Below, one piece after another: positions 48,707 to 59,390 of a stretch of 64,000 nucleotides of DNA. The DNA is taken from positions 2,914,001-2,978,000 of the forward strand of contig JAQOWU010000008.1 in NCBI GenBank assembly GCA_030867685.1. Reading direction: 5' to 3'. The translations under genes were made by a program, and so were the position numbers. The notes under the pieces were generated by a model. The model ran no database searches, had not been told where the DNA came from, and worked only from the letters and a program-made list of their open reading frames with translations. The stretch comes from Wickerhamiella versatilis. Taxonomy: Eukaryota. Position 1 is the first letter of the stretch; the number at the start of each line of letters is the position of its first letter.

Positions 48707-51583
48707 TTACTGGGCCTTGACGAGGAAATCGTAAAAATATTTTTTGAAGTCCTTGGATGGACTTCCGACATGCTCGGCGAAATCCTGAACTAAAGGCCCC
48801 GAAAGACCTGCAGAAGCCAGGTATCCCACCAGATATTCATGATAGGCTTGACCTTTTGTGTCCCAGAGAACCTTCTGTAATCCACCCAGTTCGAGTGCTA
48901 CTAGCCGAGTCTGCGCATCGGTCAACTTGAACGTATCATTAGTTGCCAGACTCCAGCAAAATTCGGTGAGTCGAGCATAAATAGGGAACTCTGAGAAAAG
49001 TGGAACCGGCTGGCCAGCCATAAATTCGGTGTCCGGAATTCGTCCATCAGCGTACAATTGGGTCATCCGAATTAACACAAGTACAGCTACACGTTGATTT
49101 TGAGCTTCACCTTGAGCTGCATAATGGAATAGTGCCTGGATAACACTCTCAAATACAGGGAAAAGAACACCACCATATCTGTTGTTCAAAATATTATGAA
49201 TGAAATGAAGATACGAATGAACAAGCTCCTTCTGATTATTCTGTGCATCCGTTCCACTTGTGTCATCAGCTACTGTACGTAAATTACTGAAAACGGCATC
49301 GAAAAGTGGCGGGATTAAAGAACAAAACATATCAAAAACTTGCGCATCATCATTGAATTGATGACAGAGTTGGCCAAGAAAGTTGAATAAGTCTACCATA
49401 TCATCCGGACTAGCGTGAGTCAGTAGAGAATTTATCAATTGAGAAATCTCTACAAGAATTGACGATCCTAGCAATCCAACAAGACGAGAAAAAGCAAAGC
49501 GACAAGCCTCCCTAACGAGAGAAATCTCATATGACTGTTCCAACACCGCAACAACCATGGCCGCAGCCATCTTCATTTCCTGACCAAGAGGCCCTTGACG
49601 CACTGCAGGTGTATCAGCATCAGCCATACCACGAACAAAGGAGCCCAATGCCATAATTATATGGTGTACCCTGACTGGGGCACCCTCTTCAGATGAAGTG
49701 ACTGACCGATCGAGGTCAGAGAACATTTCTCGCAGTAGATCACGAGCCAACATCGTCTCTCTCTCTGTGGAACTAGCAAGAAGCATGCCACATAATTCAT
49801 ACAAATATAATTGTGCACCAAAAATACCATCATCTTCTATTCCAATGACGAGAAGAGGTGCTGATGACTGAATAATAGTAGGAGCTAAGTCTGATGATAA
49901 TAATTTTCGGGTTTTTTTGAGCAGACGAAACAATAAATGCCAAGCTCTAACACGGACGCGCTCTGAAGGGTTGTGAATTCCACGAGTACCAACAAAAAAA
50001 TCCAGAGATTTGACCAAGAGCTGGCTATTTGTTTCGTTGAAAAGTCCGGCATGCCGGAATACCAGCTCCATATAAAGTAGTTGACATGCAGGATGCTCAA
50101 GAGCCAAATCGTTGCTTTCTAGAACGAGCCAGAATAGTTGGTGAAGAGTTTCTTGCGCAGGAGGAACACTCCCTCGCGGTACTTTAACTAGATCCGTTTT
50201 GATGCCATCTGCTAGGACCGAGAGCTCATACAAAGCAAGCTCAGTTTCAGTCCAATTTTGACTTTTGAGAGCTGTTGGTACAAACTGGCTAATAAAATTC
50301 GTGAAAGACTCCGAATCTATGGCAAAAATCTGTTGTTGTAGCACCTTCAATCGCGCCCTGAGTTCAAGAAATTCATCGTCCTCAGGATCATCAGGCTCAA
50401 GCCGCGATTTCAAAACGGCTTTTTCCAGTATTGCACGCAAGATATCGCGACGCGGTGAAGGAATAACTTGAGGACTTTCTAGTACCTGTCCAAGCTGATT
50501 TCTTGGAAGCGATGGGTCCAATGCGGCTCGTGCCCTTTTGGCCTCTCGACGAATGAAATGTACATATGCTTGCACAGCAGGAATAACCTGGACGCTTGTA
50601 TCGTCATACTCATTTCCCAGCAATGTTAGTATAGCAGGCATTGTCTGTATAAACTGTTGCTCTGCATCGGTTTGCGACGAATCTTCATCAAGAATCCGAG
50701 TGAGCTCCAAAGCCACTGCATTCACTACTTTCGCCATACGTTCATCAAATTCAATGTCCCCAGTGGGTAAATTATTGAGTAAATGCTCAAGATCTAGCAG
50801 TTTCACTAGTTCAAGCTTATGCGCTGGTGGCATTTTCTTTGAAACTATCTCCACTACTGTCTGGGCGGCAAATGCACGAGTTTCCTCTATGTTAAATTGT
50901 TTGAATATAAGTGGTATGAGTGCACCTTCTTCCTCGCTTAGAAGAAGAGATATGTCTATCCAACTGACCCAACCCGCCACAACCTCTAAGGCCATTTTAA
51001 CGATACTTGAAGATGGATTACTTAGAAGTGTGATCCATGAACGGACTAAGAGTGGCATATCACTGCTTCGCACCTGGTCCTTAAGGACGTTATTTCTCTG
51101 AACCTCCTGAGGAGATCTGTCAAAGAGGTTGTCTCCAATTTCCTCATGCACAATTTTTAAGACCCGTAGATACATATCTGCACCAAGATCACCTTCTAAG
51201 GCCATCAAGTCCCGGAAAAATCCTGGCCAAGAGCTTCCATACAGCACCACGAATAGTCGGCATAATGTTTCGGCCAGTTTTGTTCTCAAGTGAGGCGGCA
51301 TAACCGCACTTCCTACCGCTGTTTGTAATTTAGACCATATACCTTGGCGGAGTTCCTCACTTTCTATGGGACTCAGTTGTGGCAGGGAAGAATCAAGAAC
51401 TTGATATGCAAAAACTTCTGCTTCTGCTGGTGCCTGATTAGTTTGTAGTATCTCCAGAGCAGGCTTCCACCAGTCCCTTGAGTTAGCTCGAACAACAGCT
51501 AAAAAGTTTAACGCCTCAGCCTTCAGCGCAGGGTCCGCCCCGACCTGCAGGGCTACTCCAACAGCCTCACTGAGTTGTTCCAT
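48707..51583 (-). CDS. LOS1: Exportin-T (tRNA nuclear export)
   Basis: YLRVLKIVHEEIGD..RNNVLKDQVR, WVSWIDISL, IVSKKMPP, EFLELRARLK, GIHNPSERVRVRAWHLL, QLYLYE. Confidence 0.9.
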   Translation of the reverse strand: MEQLSEAVGVALQVGADPALKAEALNFLAVVRANSRDWWKPALEILQTNQAPAEAEVFAYQVLDSSLPQLSPIESEELRQGIWSKLQTAVGSAVMPPHLRTKLAETLCRLFVVLYGSSWPGFFRDLMALEGDLGADMYLRVLKIVHEEIGDNLFDRSPQEVQRNNVLKDQVRSSDMPLLVRSWITLLSNPSSSIVKMALEVVAGWVSWIDISLLLSEEEGALIPLIFKQFNIEETRAFAAQTVVEIVSKKMPPAHKLELVKLLDLEHLLNNLPTGDIEFDERMAKVVNAVALELTRILDEDSSQTDAEQQFIQTMPAILTLLGNEYDDTSVQVIPAVQAYVHFIRREAKRARAALDPSLPRNQLGQVLESPQVIPSPRRDILRAILEKAVLKSRLEPDDPEDDEFLELRARLKVLQQQIFAIDSESFTNFISQFVPTALKSQNWTETELALYELSVLADGIKTDLVKVPRGSVPPAQETLHQLFWLVLESNDLALEHPACQLLYMELVFRHAGLFNETNSQLLVKSLDFFVGTRGIHNPSERVRVRAWHLLFRLLKKTRKLLSSDLAPTIIQSSAPLLVIGIEDDGIFGAQLYLYELCGMLLASSTERETMLARDLLREMFSDLDRSVTSSEEGAPVRVHHIIMALGSFVRGMADADTPAVRQGPLGQEMKMAAAMVVAVLEQSYEISLVREACRFAFSRLVGLLGSSILVEISQLINSLLTHASPDDMVDLFNFLGQLCHQFNDDAQVFDMFCSLIPPLFDAVFSNLRTVADDTSGTDAQNNQKELVHSYLHFIHNILNNRYGGVLFPVFESVIQALFHYAAQGEAQNQRVAVLVLIRMTQLYADGRIPDTEFMAGQPVPLFSEFPIYARLTEFCWSLATNDTFKLTDAQTRLVALELGGLQKVLWDTKGQAYHEYLVGYLASAGLSGPLVQDFAEHVGSPSKDFKKYFYDFLVKAQ

Positions 51584-51718
51584 ATAACTGTTTTTCAGCT
51601 TTACTAAGCTGAAAGGTATTAAAAGTAGTGTTTGGTATCCATAGCATAACTTGCATTCACCAAACAGATCAAAATTCTACTAATTTATGAAAATAAATAA
51701 TAAGTTTGATACCCAGTA

Positions 51719-52177
51719 TCACTTTGGAGCTACTGCATACTTTGTAGTGTAAAATCTTACTAGAGAGTTGTAACCCTCTATTTCCCCAGCTCGTAGTAAA
51801 TTTGCCGCATCAACATTTAATGGACTATCTGGTTCCGGCGAGTTCAACATTGTCTGAACAGCAGTAAGGACACTTGCCAAAGTCCAAGCTGGTGTCCATC
51901 GAGATTTCAGTATATCCAAACACACTTCTCCTGTGGTCCAAGAGATATTTGGGTGGCAAATTCGCGTGCGAAATTTTAGCTTTGGGGGCTTCACTGGATA
52001 ATCTTTTGGTACTTCGATATCTACTACCCAACGGCCATGTGCATAGGGTGAGCTATCAGGCCCACGAAGCACAGCTGTCCATGAAAAAATGTCTTCTTCA
52101 CTTGGAAAGAGGCTGTCGCAGGCATATGCTGGTTCGCCTCGCAGGCTAGCGGCCTCATGAAGTAGCCTCTTTGCCAT
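51719..52177 (-). CDS. PEX4: Ubiquitin-conjugating enzyme, Pex4-like
   Basis: MAKRLLHE, HPNISWTTGEVCLDILKSRWTPAWTL, PEPDSPLNVDAANL. First ATG at 52177. Confidence 0.75.
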   Translation of the reverse strand: MAKRLLHEAASLRGEPAYACDSLFPSEEDIFSWTAVLRGPDSSPYAHGRWVVDIEVPKDYPVKPPKLKFRTRICHPNISWTTGEVCLDILKSRWTPAWTLASVLTAVQTMLNSPEPDSPLNVDAANLLRAGEIEGYNSLVRFYTTKYAVAPK

Positions 52178-52388
52178 AGATAGAAGTATACACCCTAACC
52201 CAGGGTGCCACAACAACTAGTTGGGGCTTCTTGAAACATAGTAGAACTTTCATAACTGCAAATACCAGTTGTTTGTACTAAATAATTCATTCCGACTAGC
52301 CATAAATATATTATTATATATAGCGTATCTTAGGTCATAAGTCATTACATATTATTATATTATCATCATATTGACAGATGAGATGTCT

Positions 52389-55300
52389 TTAACATAGCAT
52401 TGCCACAAAATTGGCCAATGCGATGCTATTCTCTGGTTTGAGTTCCTTGATTTGAGGAATTGAATGTAAATTATACTTTCCGTCGACACAAAGACGAAGG
52501 TTGTAGTGCAAAATTAAAGCTTGAAACTCCTTAAGCAACTCTGGCAGCTGCTCACGTTCTGAAGAATCACGTGCAAAGACTACTAGGGTCCACTGAACAA
52601 GGCGGCGATTCATTTCCGGCTCCTCCAGCTGTAATAAACGCTGCAATGTAGGCCTTAGTAGAGGGGCAATGGTTTGGATTGTCTTTCGACAAGTGATGCG
52701 ACAAACAACGTCAAGAAGCCGCGGGCCAGCAAAAGCAAACTGCATATTGTTTGAAAGACCGGTAATTTTGCAGCCTTGTGCTATTGCCATTAACACATAT
52801 GGACTTCCTGATGAAGCACGTCTGGCAAGTGCATTGGTACAATTTTCTATTAAGACATCAGTGTCCACAAGAGCTGGATCATTCTGTAAATCGTTAAAGA
52901 AAGGCAGATTCATCAATGTACTTGGGTTTTGTGTTGTGAGGTACACAAAAAGCATGTAGACAAACACCCTTTCGTCATTTTCACAAATACTCAAGATGGT
53001 CTCACAAACATCTAAGGTGGCAGCTTGGCTATCGGTATTCTGCAAACCCAGTACCAATAGCTCAGCGAGAACCACATGGAACGAATCTTTCTCTCGAGGT
53101 AACACCTGAAAGCCCATATGGTAGTTCTGAGTGAACCAATTGTCAGTTTCTCTTGGTCTTCCTTCGAGCAACGCATCTTCCATAGATTGATGATAAAATG
53201 CGCCCCATGAATCCATTATTTTGAGACATCTCTGAACAAGCACTAGTGCATTCACCCTCAGAGGACTGTATCCCGTACTTAGAGCTACCAAAGCCAGCCA
53301 GAAAAACCGGGCGGCGTAAACTGTGTGGTCGCTCAGGCATTCGACTGTATCCCCAAAGGTGTGTAGAAAAGAGACCATATATAATTCTGCGACATTGGGC
53401 TCGACTGGACAACGCAAAATTCGTGAAAACTCGCTGAGAAGGCGCTCAGGGATTCTATCCGGCATCTGAAAACGGTGTATTCCGTGGAGACCCAATATAC
53501 ACCGTCTCTGAAGTGCAGGAAAAGTAGGACCAAGGAAACGTACCAATAAGCTATAGGTGTCTCGTCTAACCCGGCTAAACTCAGCATACGAGGGTGACAC
53601 AGCGGTACAAAGTTCGCTTATTATTCTGTTCAGAACATCTGCCTGTTCCTGTGAGAAATCCGAACAAGAATCACACGTCCAATCAATCATTTGGAGTTGT
53701 ACCCCAAAAAGAACATTGCCCTTCGAGGACTGTAATTCATAGAGCAATGTAGAAATACGTGCCACGAGTGAGCTCTGACGACTTGCCATCGCCATTTTTG
53801 AAGCAGCTATATTGGTACATATCCTGTGAATAGATGTTCGCAACCGGTGAGTTCCAACTCCCGCGAATACCAATATCAAGAAAGAGAAATCAGCAAGGTA
53901 CTCAGTATCAGTAGCGACAACGATATGGCTCAAAAGGACAATTACAGCTTCAATTTCACTCCAATCTGGGTGTGCCGACCACCAACGTTGGTCGCTGTAT
54001 AGGACGTCACCCGAAAGCATTGAGTATAGACGTCCTAAGAGATAGCTAGCTCCATTGGCAGCAGGATAGGCAGAAGCAGCTTGGACAAACCCATCTACAG
54101 GATTCTTATCAGCAACACTGCTGATGATAACATCTAGCATTCTTGGTGCAAGTTTAGGGTCAGCCAGGATTACAGGCCAAACGAATTCGACTAATGACCT
54201 GTGGCCTGATGTCACTCGAAGTAACCGCAAAATTATGGTATCGCATTCCGGATGCTGAGAGAGCTTTGTCAACCAGGGGACAGCTATTCTGGCTCCAATT
54301 GAGACCTTGGACTCCTTTGCATTTTCAACCAACTCCGCAAACATTAGAAGAAACGATTCGCTCAAGTCGGGGTTTAAGTTGGCAAAAGAGCTGCTCATTT
54401 CCACAACGGAGGAAATGAAGAGTTGATGAGGTCCCCAGGGAGGACTCTCAATGGTCAATCCGGCACGCTGTGGCAGTAATGTAACCAATTTGAATGCTGA
54501 CTCCCGAGCCTCAGAGCTGTCTGAACAAAGATCAAGTAAGCAAAGAAATAGCAATATACCGGGAGCTTGATGTGCTGCAAGATCTGGCACAACAAACATG
54601 GAGGCTTTACTTCGCTCGATATGAATTCTCTTCTTAGCTTCCACTTCAATTTGCAATGAGCGGGGTATTTCGAAAACATTGATCCCTCTCATTAAAATTC
54701 CATCATCCTCGAGATCATCAACATGGAATACATCATTGGTGCAGCCAAAACTGAATTTATGGACGAACTGTATCCACTTATCTCCCAAATGAACATTAAA
54801 ACGAGCTTTTTTACCGCATGCAAGAACCGGAATATCCTCATACAGTCGCGCCTTACCGAACTCCTGAACTGACTCCCTGTGCTCCTTAGGCAGGTCAAGG
54901 TATGACAATTCATCATATGAGTAGTCCTCAGAAGTTTTAAGAACCATTGGTATTTCCTCCGGGGTAGGGAACTCACAATTATAAGCTAATTCAAAAGGGT
55001 AATTGAAAATGATCGCTTTTTCCCATTTACTTTGAAACTCTGAAGAAAGCGACTTTCGCAGTGCATATATATATGCATCCCATATATCTTGCTTTAATAA
55101 ACACGCTGTGTGATCATAAAAAGTATATAGAGGCCCATCATTCTTGGCCATTGCAGCTCTAAACATTCGATAGAACCAATATATACTGGATGAAATATCT
55201 GGCCGAAGTTCACTGACAGCTTTCGCAGTCGAAAACTTACATGGTATTCCCTTGAATTGACCCAGTGTTGCCAACGCTCGTTGGCGACGTTGAAATACAG

Positions 55301-58300
55301 CCGAACCCCCTTTAGCGATAAGACCTACTGGTGGTCCAAGTAGTCTCACGCTATGCATAAATTGCTCACCTTTTAGCCCTTTCGCTCGAAGAATATGCAG
55401 TATCTCTGGTGCATGTCTATGAAGTACCATATGCACGTTACGCCCAGCTTCTACTAAATAATCCTCGCTAGGCACAGGGCGTTCGGGACTTATGCTGGTC
55501 GTGTCGGAATACTCTGTCCACATGTCAAACAGTGGAATAAGATTTACCAGCTCCAACTTCTGGATCTGATTAGCAACATTGCGCAGAAAAATTCCAGTTT
55601 TGGAACTTGGGCTCTCTAAGACTGGTTCTAATATGAAGGGGCAGACTATGCGTAAAAGTACGATAGTTCGAAGTATAGAATACTCAAATCCAGGGAATTT
55701 TTCGGCTACACGCTTGCGAACAAACAAGAGCAGCCTTCGAACTATCCCCGGCAACTGCGGTGTGAGTTCTTGGAATTGTTCGATTATAAGCATAGCAGCC
55801 TCTTCACAAGACATCTCCGTCTCACTTAGCCTGTTCTGAATGAATGTCAACGCTATAGCCAAACTGCTTTGGAGATAGCTACGCAATATGTCCATAAAAA
55901 TCCTGGCTAGGGTTGCATTATGGCGAAACAGTTCCCAACCTTCATTGGATTGGGATATGACTCTGTCTGCAACTAATTCTGCGAGTTCTACCTCTCTCCC
56001 ATGAGAAGCCCATAAACAACAAACTCCATCGCAGAAATCAGCAACTTCTGCAGGAGAGCAAGTTTCACATAGAGCGAGAAAGACGTCATGATGAGAAGTT
56101 AAATATTGAACGAGCGTCGCATGTCGAGATTCATACAGTAGTTGCCCAAGTTCGTTCACAAAGTTTGAGCTCAAAGTATCAAAAATACAAGAACGCAGCC
56201 ATGGTTTGGGGGGTGATTTCAAATCTCGGCAGATAACGAATGAAGAATCCAGATTAACTGCACATAGTGCCTTCACACAACTTCGCGCGAGAGACGAAAC
56301 TTCTAGCGGCCTATTTTTGGTCATTAAAGGCTCTATTCCGCCAATCAAGAAGCGTAAAATTGCCACCACATCATCACCTGTCGCTGCCACATTCAAGGCG
56401 TAATCTTGAAATATTGCTCGTAAAGCACAAAGCGCTGGTAAGGTAAGCTCAGTGTTGTGACAATATTCCAAGATAACTTTCACTGCTGTTTTGAGACCTA
56501 GCGCCTTGTGCTTGGGCACAAGATCTTGATGCTTTGCTACAGTCTCCGACAATCTTAACGCCGGCAGTATAGCCCTTGGTGGAAGCTGAGCCTGACTGAG
56601 CTCAGATACGACTTTTTCGACTATAACAAACAAATCGATATCTATGACAGTGCAATCTCGAGCAACGTCCACTAACCAGCTCATAGTCCCTGCCATAGAA
56701 GCTAATCCTTCTACAGGTTGGAATTTGGCATTAAAAGGTGAAACAAAGTCATTCCAAATAATTTTGATATATTCAAGAGCCGCATGCGGCTGAATACTGA
56801 TACGAGACCCCCAAATAATTTCAAACAGAGAATGTAAAGGGCCACGCTTCGAAAAGGCCATGGATAAAAGCTCATTCACTGTTTTCTGTGCCTCCACTTT
56901 TTCTGAGGACCTCAGCATTAAAGGGGCACTGCACACAAGAGCACGGCCCAAGGCCGTTGTTATATTTAGTGGGAAATTTCCAGCTAGAGCGTAGTGAAAG
57001 AACTCCCTGAGTGAGTAAAAGAGCCTGATCAAAAGATAAGTTGGCTTTTCCTGTCTCGCTAAGAGCTGCCCTAAATGTTTGCGAACGTGGACAGGTGTGT
57101 TTAGGGCACCTTCTCGCTGTTCTACAAATTTTGCCACGAAATCCATATCTTCAGTATATACTGGAGATGATTGGAGCACCCGAAGACACGTTAGCGCATT
57201 ATCTGGGCCCTTTTTATCAACAATAACCCTTATTAGGAACCCGCACCTTAAATCTTGGTCCCGCTGTATTACTGCCGGGTTAACGCGAACATTACGATCT
57301 CCCAAGAAATTTTGTCTTAATTCTAGAAGGTACCGCAATATTTCGATATCATCTGATGAATGCTGGGGATCCAGCAGCTTAGACGCCTCGTCATCAAGTA
57401 GAGCGGAAAGCATATCTTGTAGAGTATCGAGAAAGGCTCCAGAGGCAGCACCAGAATCTAAAACTGACACCATGAATTCAATTGACTTTGTTTGCATTGA
57501 TTCTCCACGCTTAGACCCCATCAAGCTCATTAACGCAGCAGCCAATGCAGTGAGATTCGACTTTTTAACTGATCTAGTCACCTCAGGTGTTTTCGTGAGG
57601 AGCTCGAGACCATATTTGAGATTTTGTTTTGCCCAAATAGTTCCCCATCCAGTATCAGCATAGCGGCAGAGCAACTCAATAAATACATGCTCGCATTTGT
57701 GAAACAGTCGAATGAATTCTTCTGTACCACAAAAATCGTGTGCGGAATAGAGAGTGCGTAAGAAAATATTTTGAAATCTTGGTGGAGATTGCAACGCTCT
57801 ATCGATAAAATTTCGGTGCAGCAGATGGGGACAAAATTTACTCATAAATAAATAAAGGCCAACCATACTGACCGGCTGCTTCTCTTCGGCAGTCTGTAAA
57901 ACCACTGGCAAAATTGCAGTAAATTTAGTGGCAACCTCGACGGTTCTTCTTGTATCCCTAAGTTTCAAGGACGCATTGTAGAGAATCAGACCTAGGTGGC
58001 AAAAATATTCCAGGGAAATGGGGCTGGTGTCAAGAGAGCTAACATGCTCCATCCAAGTACTCCATAAGATGTCAGGTTGAGGAATTAGGCTCGCGGGGAT
58101 CCCTATTGACACAAAAGCAACAATCGCAGATTCCGTGCTGCTGTCAATACTCTGAGACCACTTCTTGAATTCATTTATGCTTTCAGCGGACCATACACCA
58201 AGATCTCCTAGAGTGTGGACTAACACTCTCTCCGCCCCATGAGAAAGCAAGAATCCCAAATATCGCCGTGCCATGGTATTAGCAGGGGTTGTGCGAATAT

Positions 58301-59090
58301 CTTTAATAGCTCTTGCTAACTCATGAGGCCTTGAAATCTCAACTGCAAGGACTTCTAGACGGTATTGAGAATTAAATCTGACCTCACCATCATACAAAAT
58401 ACACTTAGAAAAAACCTCATGGCGATACCAGTAGAACTCCCTGGGATTTGATGCTCTAACGTAACGTAAAATAGTAAGAATTTCGTCAGTGAGCAGGTTA
58501 TCCAAATACTCAATTTGAACTTCACATTCAAGCATCTCTTGGTACCCAGCCATATCTAATAATTGTTTTGTCAAACGAGGTGGCAAGAGTTTTAGCAAAA
58601 TATGAAAGCACTCTGAGGCTAACGCTGGAGTCATGGGTTGCGGTCTCAAGTGTCCACTAACAGTCCAGGCACACGGATAAACCAGTGGACGCAATGAGAA
58701 ATCTCTGTCAATAATATCCGACCGGGCCTCATTACAACCCAGATACAACGTCATTGCCAACAGAAGTTTCTCAGCAATAAGAAGCATGCTTGCAAGAATG
58801 GCTTTGAGTTCATATTCTTTATGACATTTCATCTCAATATTTTCCTCTGGGTCTTCTGGAAATACCACATGATAGCCTGTTTCGTCTGCAATAGCATTCA
58901 TTGCAACGAGGATGGGTTCAACAATACTCTCAAAGTCTCCGCGATCTACCATCGACACGATAAACTCGCGGAATGCCTTATAAGCTGGGCTATTTCGAGT
59001 GTGGCGAAGGCTTTGCCCTGTACGGTAAGGTAAGAGTGCGAGTAGGTCCTGTAGGAGCTGTGCACCTACTTCTCGCTCGAACCGAAGCAT
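52389..59090 (-). CDS. Neurofibromin/Ira-like RasGAP-domain protein, highly diverged
   Basis: N-terminal LLPYRTG, ELFRHN (arginine finger), LLRIVCPFILEP (FLR-like), PGILL..LLDLCSD, WSEI, RFFWLAL. These are NF1/Ira landmarks in the expected order. Confidence 0.75.
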   Translation of the reverse strand: MLRFEREVGAQLLQDLLALLPYRTGQSLRHTRNSPAYKAFREFIVSMVDRGDFESIVEPILVAMNAIADETGYHVVFPEDPEENIEMKCHKEYELKAILASMLLIAEKLLLAMTLYLGCNEARSDIIDRDFSLRPLVYPCAWTVSGHLRPQPMTPALASECFHILLKLLPPRLTKQLLDMAGYQEMLECEVQIEYLDNLLTDEILTILRYVRASNPREFYWYRHEVFSKCILYDGEVRFNSQYRLEVLAVEISRPHELARAIKDIRTTPANTMARRYLGFLLSHGAERVLVHTLGDLGVWSAESINEFKKWSQSIDSSTESAIVAFVSIGIPASLIPQPDILWSTWMEHVSSLDTSPISLEYFCHLGLILYNASLKLRDTRRTVEVATKFTAILPVVLQTAEEKQPVSMVGLYLFMSKFCPHLLHRNFIDRALQSPPRFQNIFLRTLYSAHDFCGTEEFIRLFHKCEHVFIELLCRYADTGWGTIWAKQNLKYGLELLTKTPEVTRSVKKSNLTALAAALMSLMGSKRGESMQTKSIEFMVSVLDSGAASGAFLDTLQDMLSALLDDEASKLLDPQHSSDDIEILRYLLELRQNFLGDRNVRVNPAVIQRDQDLRCGFLIRVIVDKKGPDNALTCLRVLQSSPVYTEDMDFVAKFVEQREGALNTPVHVRKHLGQLLARQEKPTYLLIRLFYSLREFFHYALAGNFPLNITTALGRALVCSAPLMLRSSEKVEAQKTVNELLSMAFSKRGPLHSLFEIIWGSRISIQPHAALEYIKIIWNDFVSPFNAKFQPVEGLASMAGTMSWLVDVARDCTVIDIDLFVIVEKVVSELSQAQLPPRAILPALRLSETVAKHQDLVPKHKALGLKTAVKVILEYCHNTELTLPALCALRAIFQDYALNVAATGDDVVAILRFLIGGIEPLMTKNRPLEVSSLARSCVKALCAVNLDSSFVICRDLKSPPKPWLRSCIFDTLSSNFVNELGQLLYESRHATLVQYLTSHHDVFLALCETCSPAEVADFCDGVCCLWASHGREVELAELVADRVISQSNEGWELFRHNATLARIFMDILRSYLQSSLAIALTFIQNRLSETEMSCEEAAMLIIEQFQELTPQLPGIVRRLLLFVRKRVAEKFPGFEYSILRTIVLLRIVCPFILEPVLESPSSKTGIFLRNVANQIQKLELVNLIPLFDMWTEYSDTTSISPERPVPSEDYLVEAGRNVHMVLHRHAPEILHILRAKGLKGEQFMHSVRLLGPPVGLIAKGGSAVFQRRQRALATLGQFKGIPCKFSTAKAVSELRPDISSSIYWFYRMFRAAMAKNDGPLYTFYDHTACLLKQDIWDAYIYALRKSLSSEFQSKWEKAIIFNYPFELAYNCEFPTPEEIPMVLKTSEDYSYDELSYLDLPKEHRESVQEFGKARLYEDIPVLACGKKARFNVHLGDKWIQFVHKFSFGCTNDVFHVDDLEDDGILMRGINVFEIPRSLQIEVEAKKRIHIERSKASMFVVPDLAAHQAPGILLFLCLLDLCSDSSEARESAFKLVTLLPQRAGLTIESPPWGPHQLFISSVVEMSSSFANLNPDLSESFLLMFAELVENAKESKVSIGARIAVPWLTKLSQHPECDTIILRLLRVTSGHRSLVEFVWPVILADPKLAPRMLDVIISSVADKNPVDGFVQAASAYPAANGASYLLGRLYSMLSGDVLYSDQRWWSAHPDWSEIEAVIVLLSHIVVATDTEYLADFSFLILVFAGVGTHRLRTSIHRICTNIAASKMAMASRQSSLVARISTLLYELQSSKGNVLFGVQLQMIDWTCDSCSDFSQEQADVLNRIISELCTAVSPSYAEFSRVRRDTYSLLVRFLGPTFPALQRRCILGLHGIHRFQMPDRIPERLLSEFSRILRCPVEPNVAELYMVSFLHTFGDTVECLSDHTVYAARFFWLALVALSTGYSPLRVNALVLVQRCLKIMDSWGAFYHQSMEDALLEGRPRETDNWFTQNYHMGFQVLPREKDSFHVVLAELLVLGLQNTDSQAATLDVCETILSICENDERVFVYMLFVYLTTQNPSTLMNLPFFNDLQNDPALVDTDVLIENCTNALARRASSGSPYVLMAIAQGCKITGLSNNMQFAFAGPRLLDVVCRITCRKTIQTIAPLLRPTLQRLLQLEEPEMNRRLVQWTLVVFARDSSEREQLPELLKEFQALILHYNLRLCVDGKYNLHSIPQIKELKPENSIALANFVAMLC

Positions 59091-59390
59091 CACGCTTGAA
59101 AGACGTTAGGACTTTTAGTCGTATTTATAAGCTTACTAATAATAACACCATCCATAAGATATTGCTTCGGTTTCAGCCCGATGATCGTCGCATAGAAGTT
59201 GGTCGAGGAGAGAAGATAAAATAATCTTAAGGCATTTTACAAGATCCCAAAATATTAGCAAATAAATTAGGAACGGGAAATATATGTAATAATTTGTTTT
59301 GCTAGAAAGAAATATATATGACAGAGAGAAATACAACTAGAGAAAAAAAATTCTTCAATGCATTTTTAAATTATCGAGAACCAGCTCTTT

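Noticed and set aside
59095..59136. Intron-like GTAAGC..CTAAC..AAG upstream of the Ira-like gene
   Set aside because: Splicing would not join the upstream ATG in frame, and the ORF already begins with an Ira-like N-terminus.
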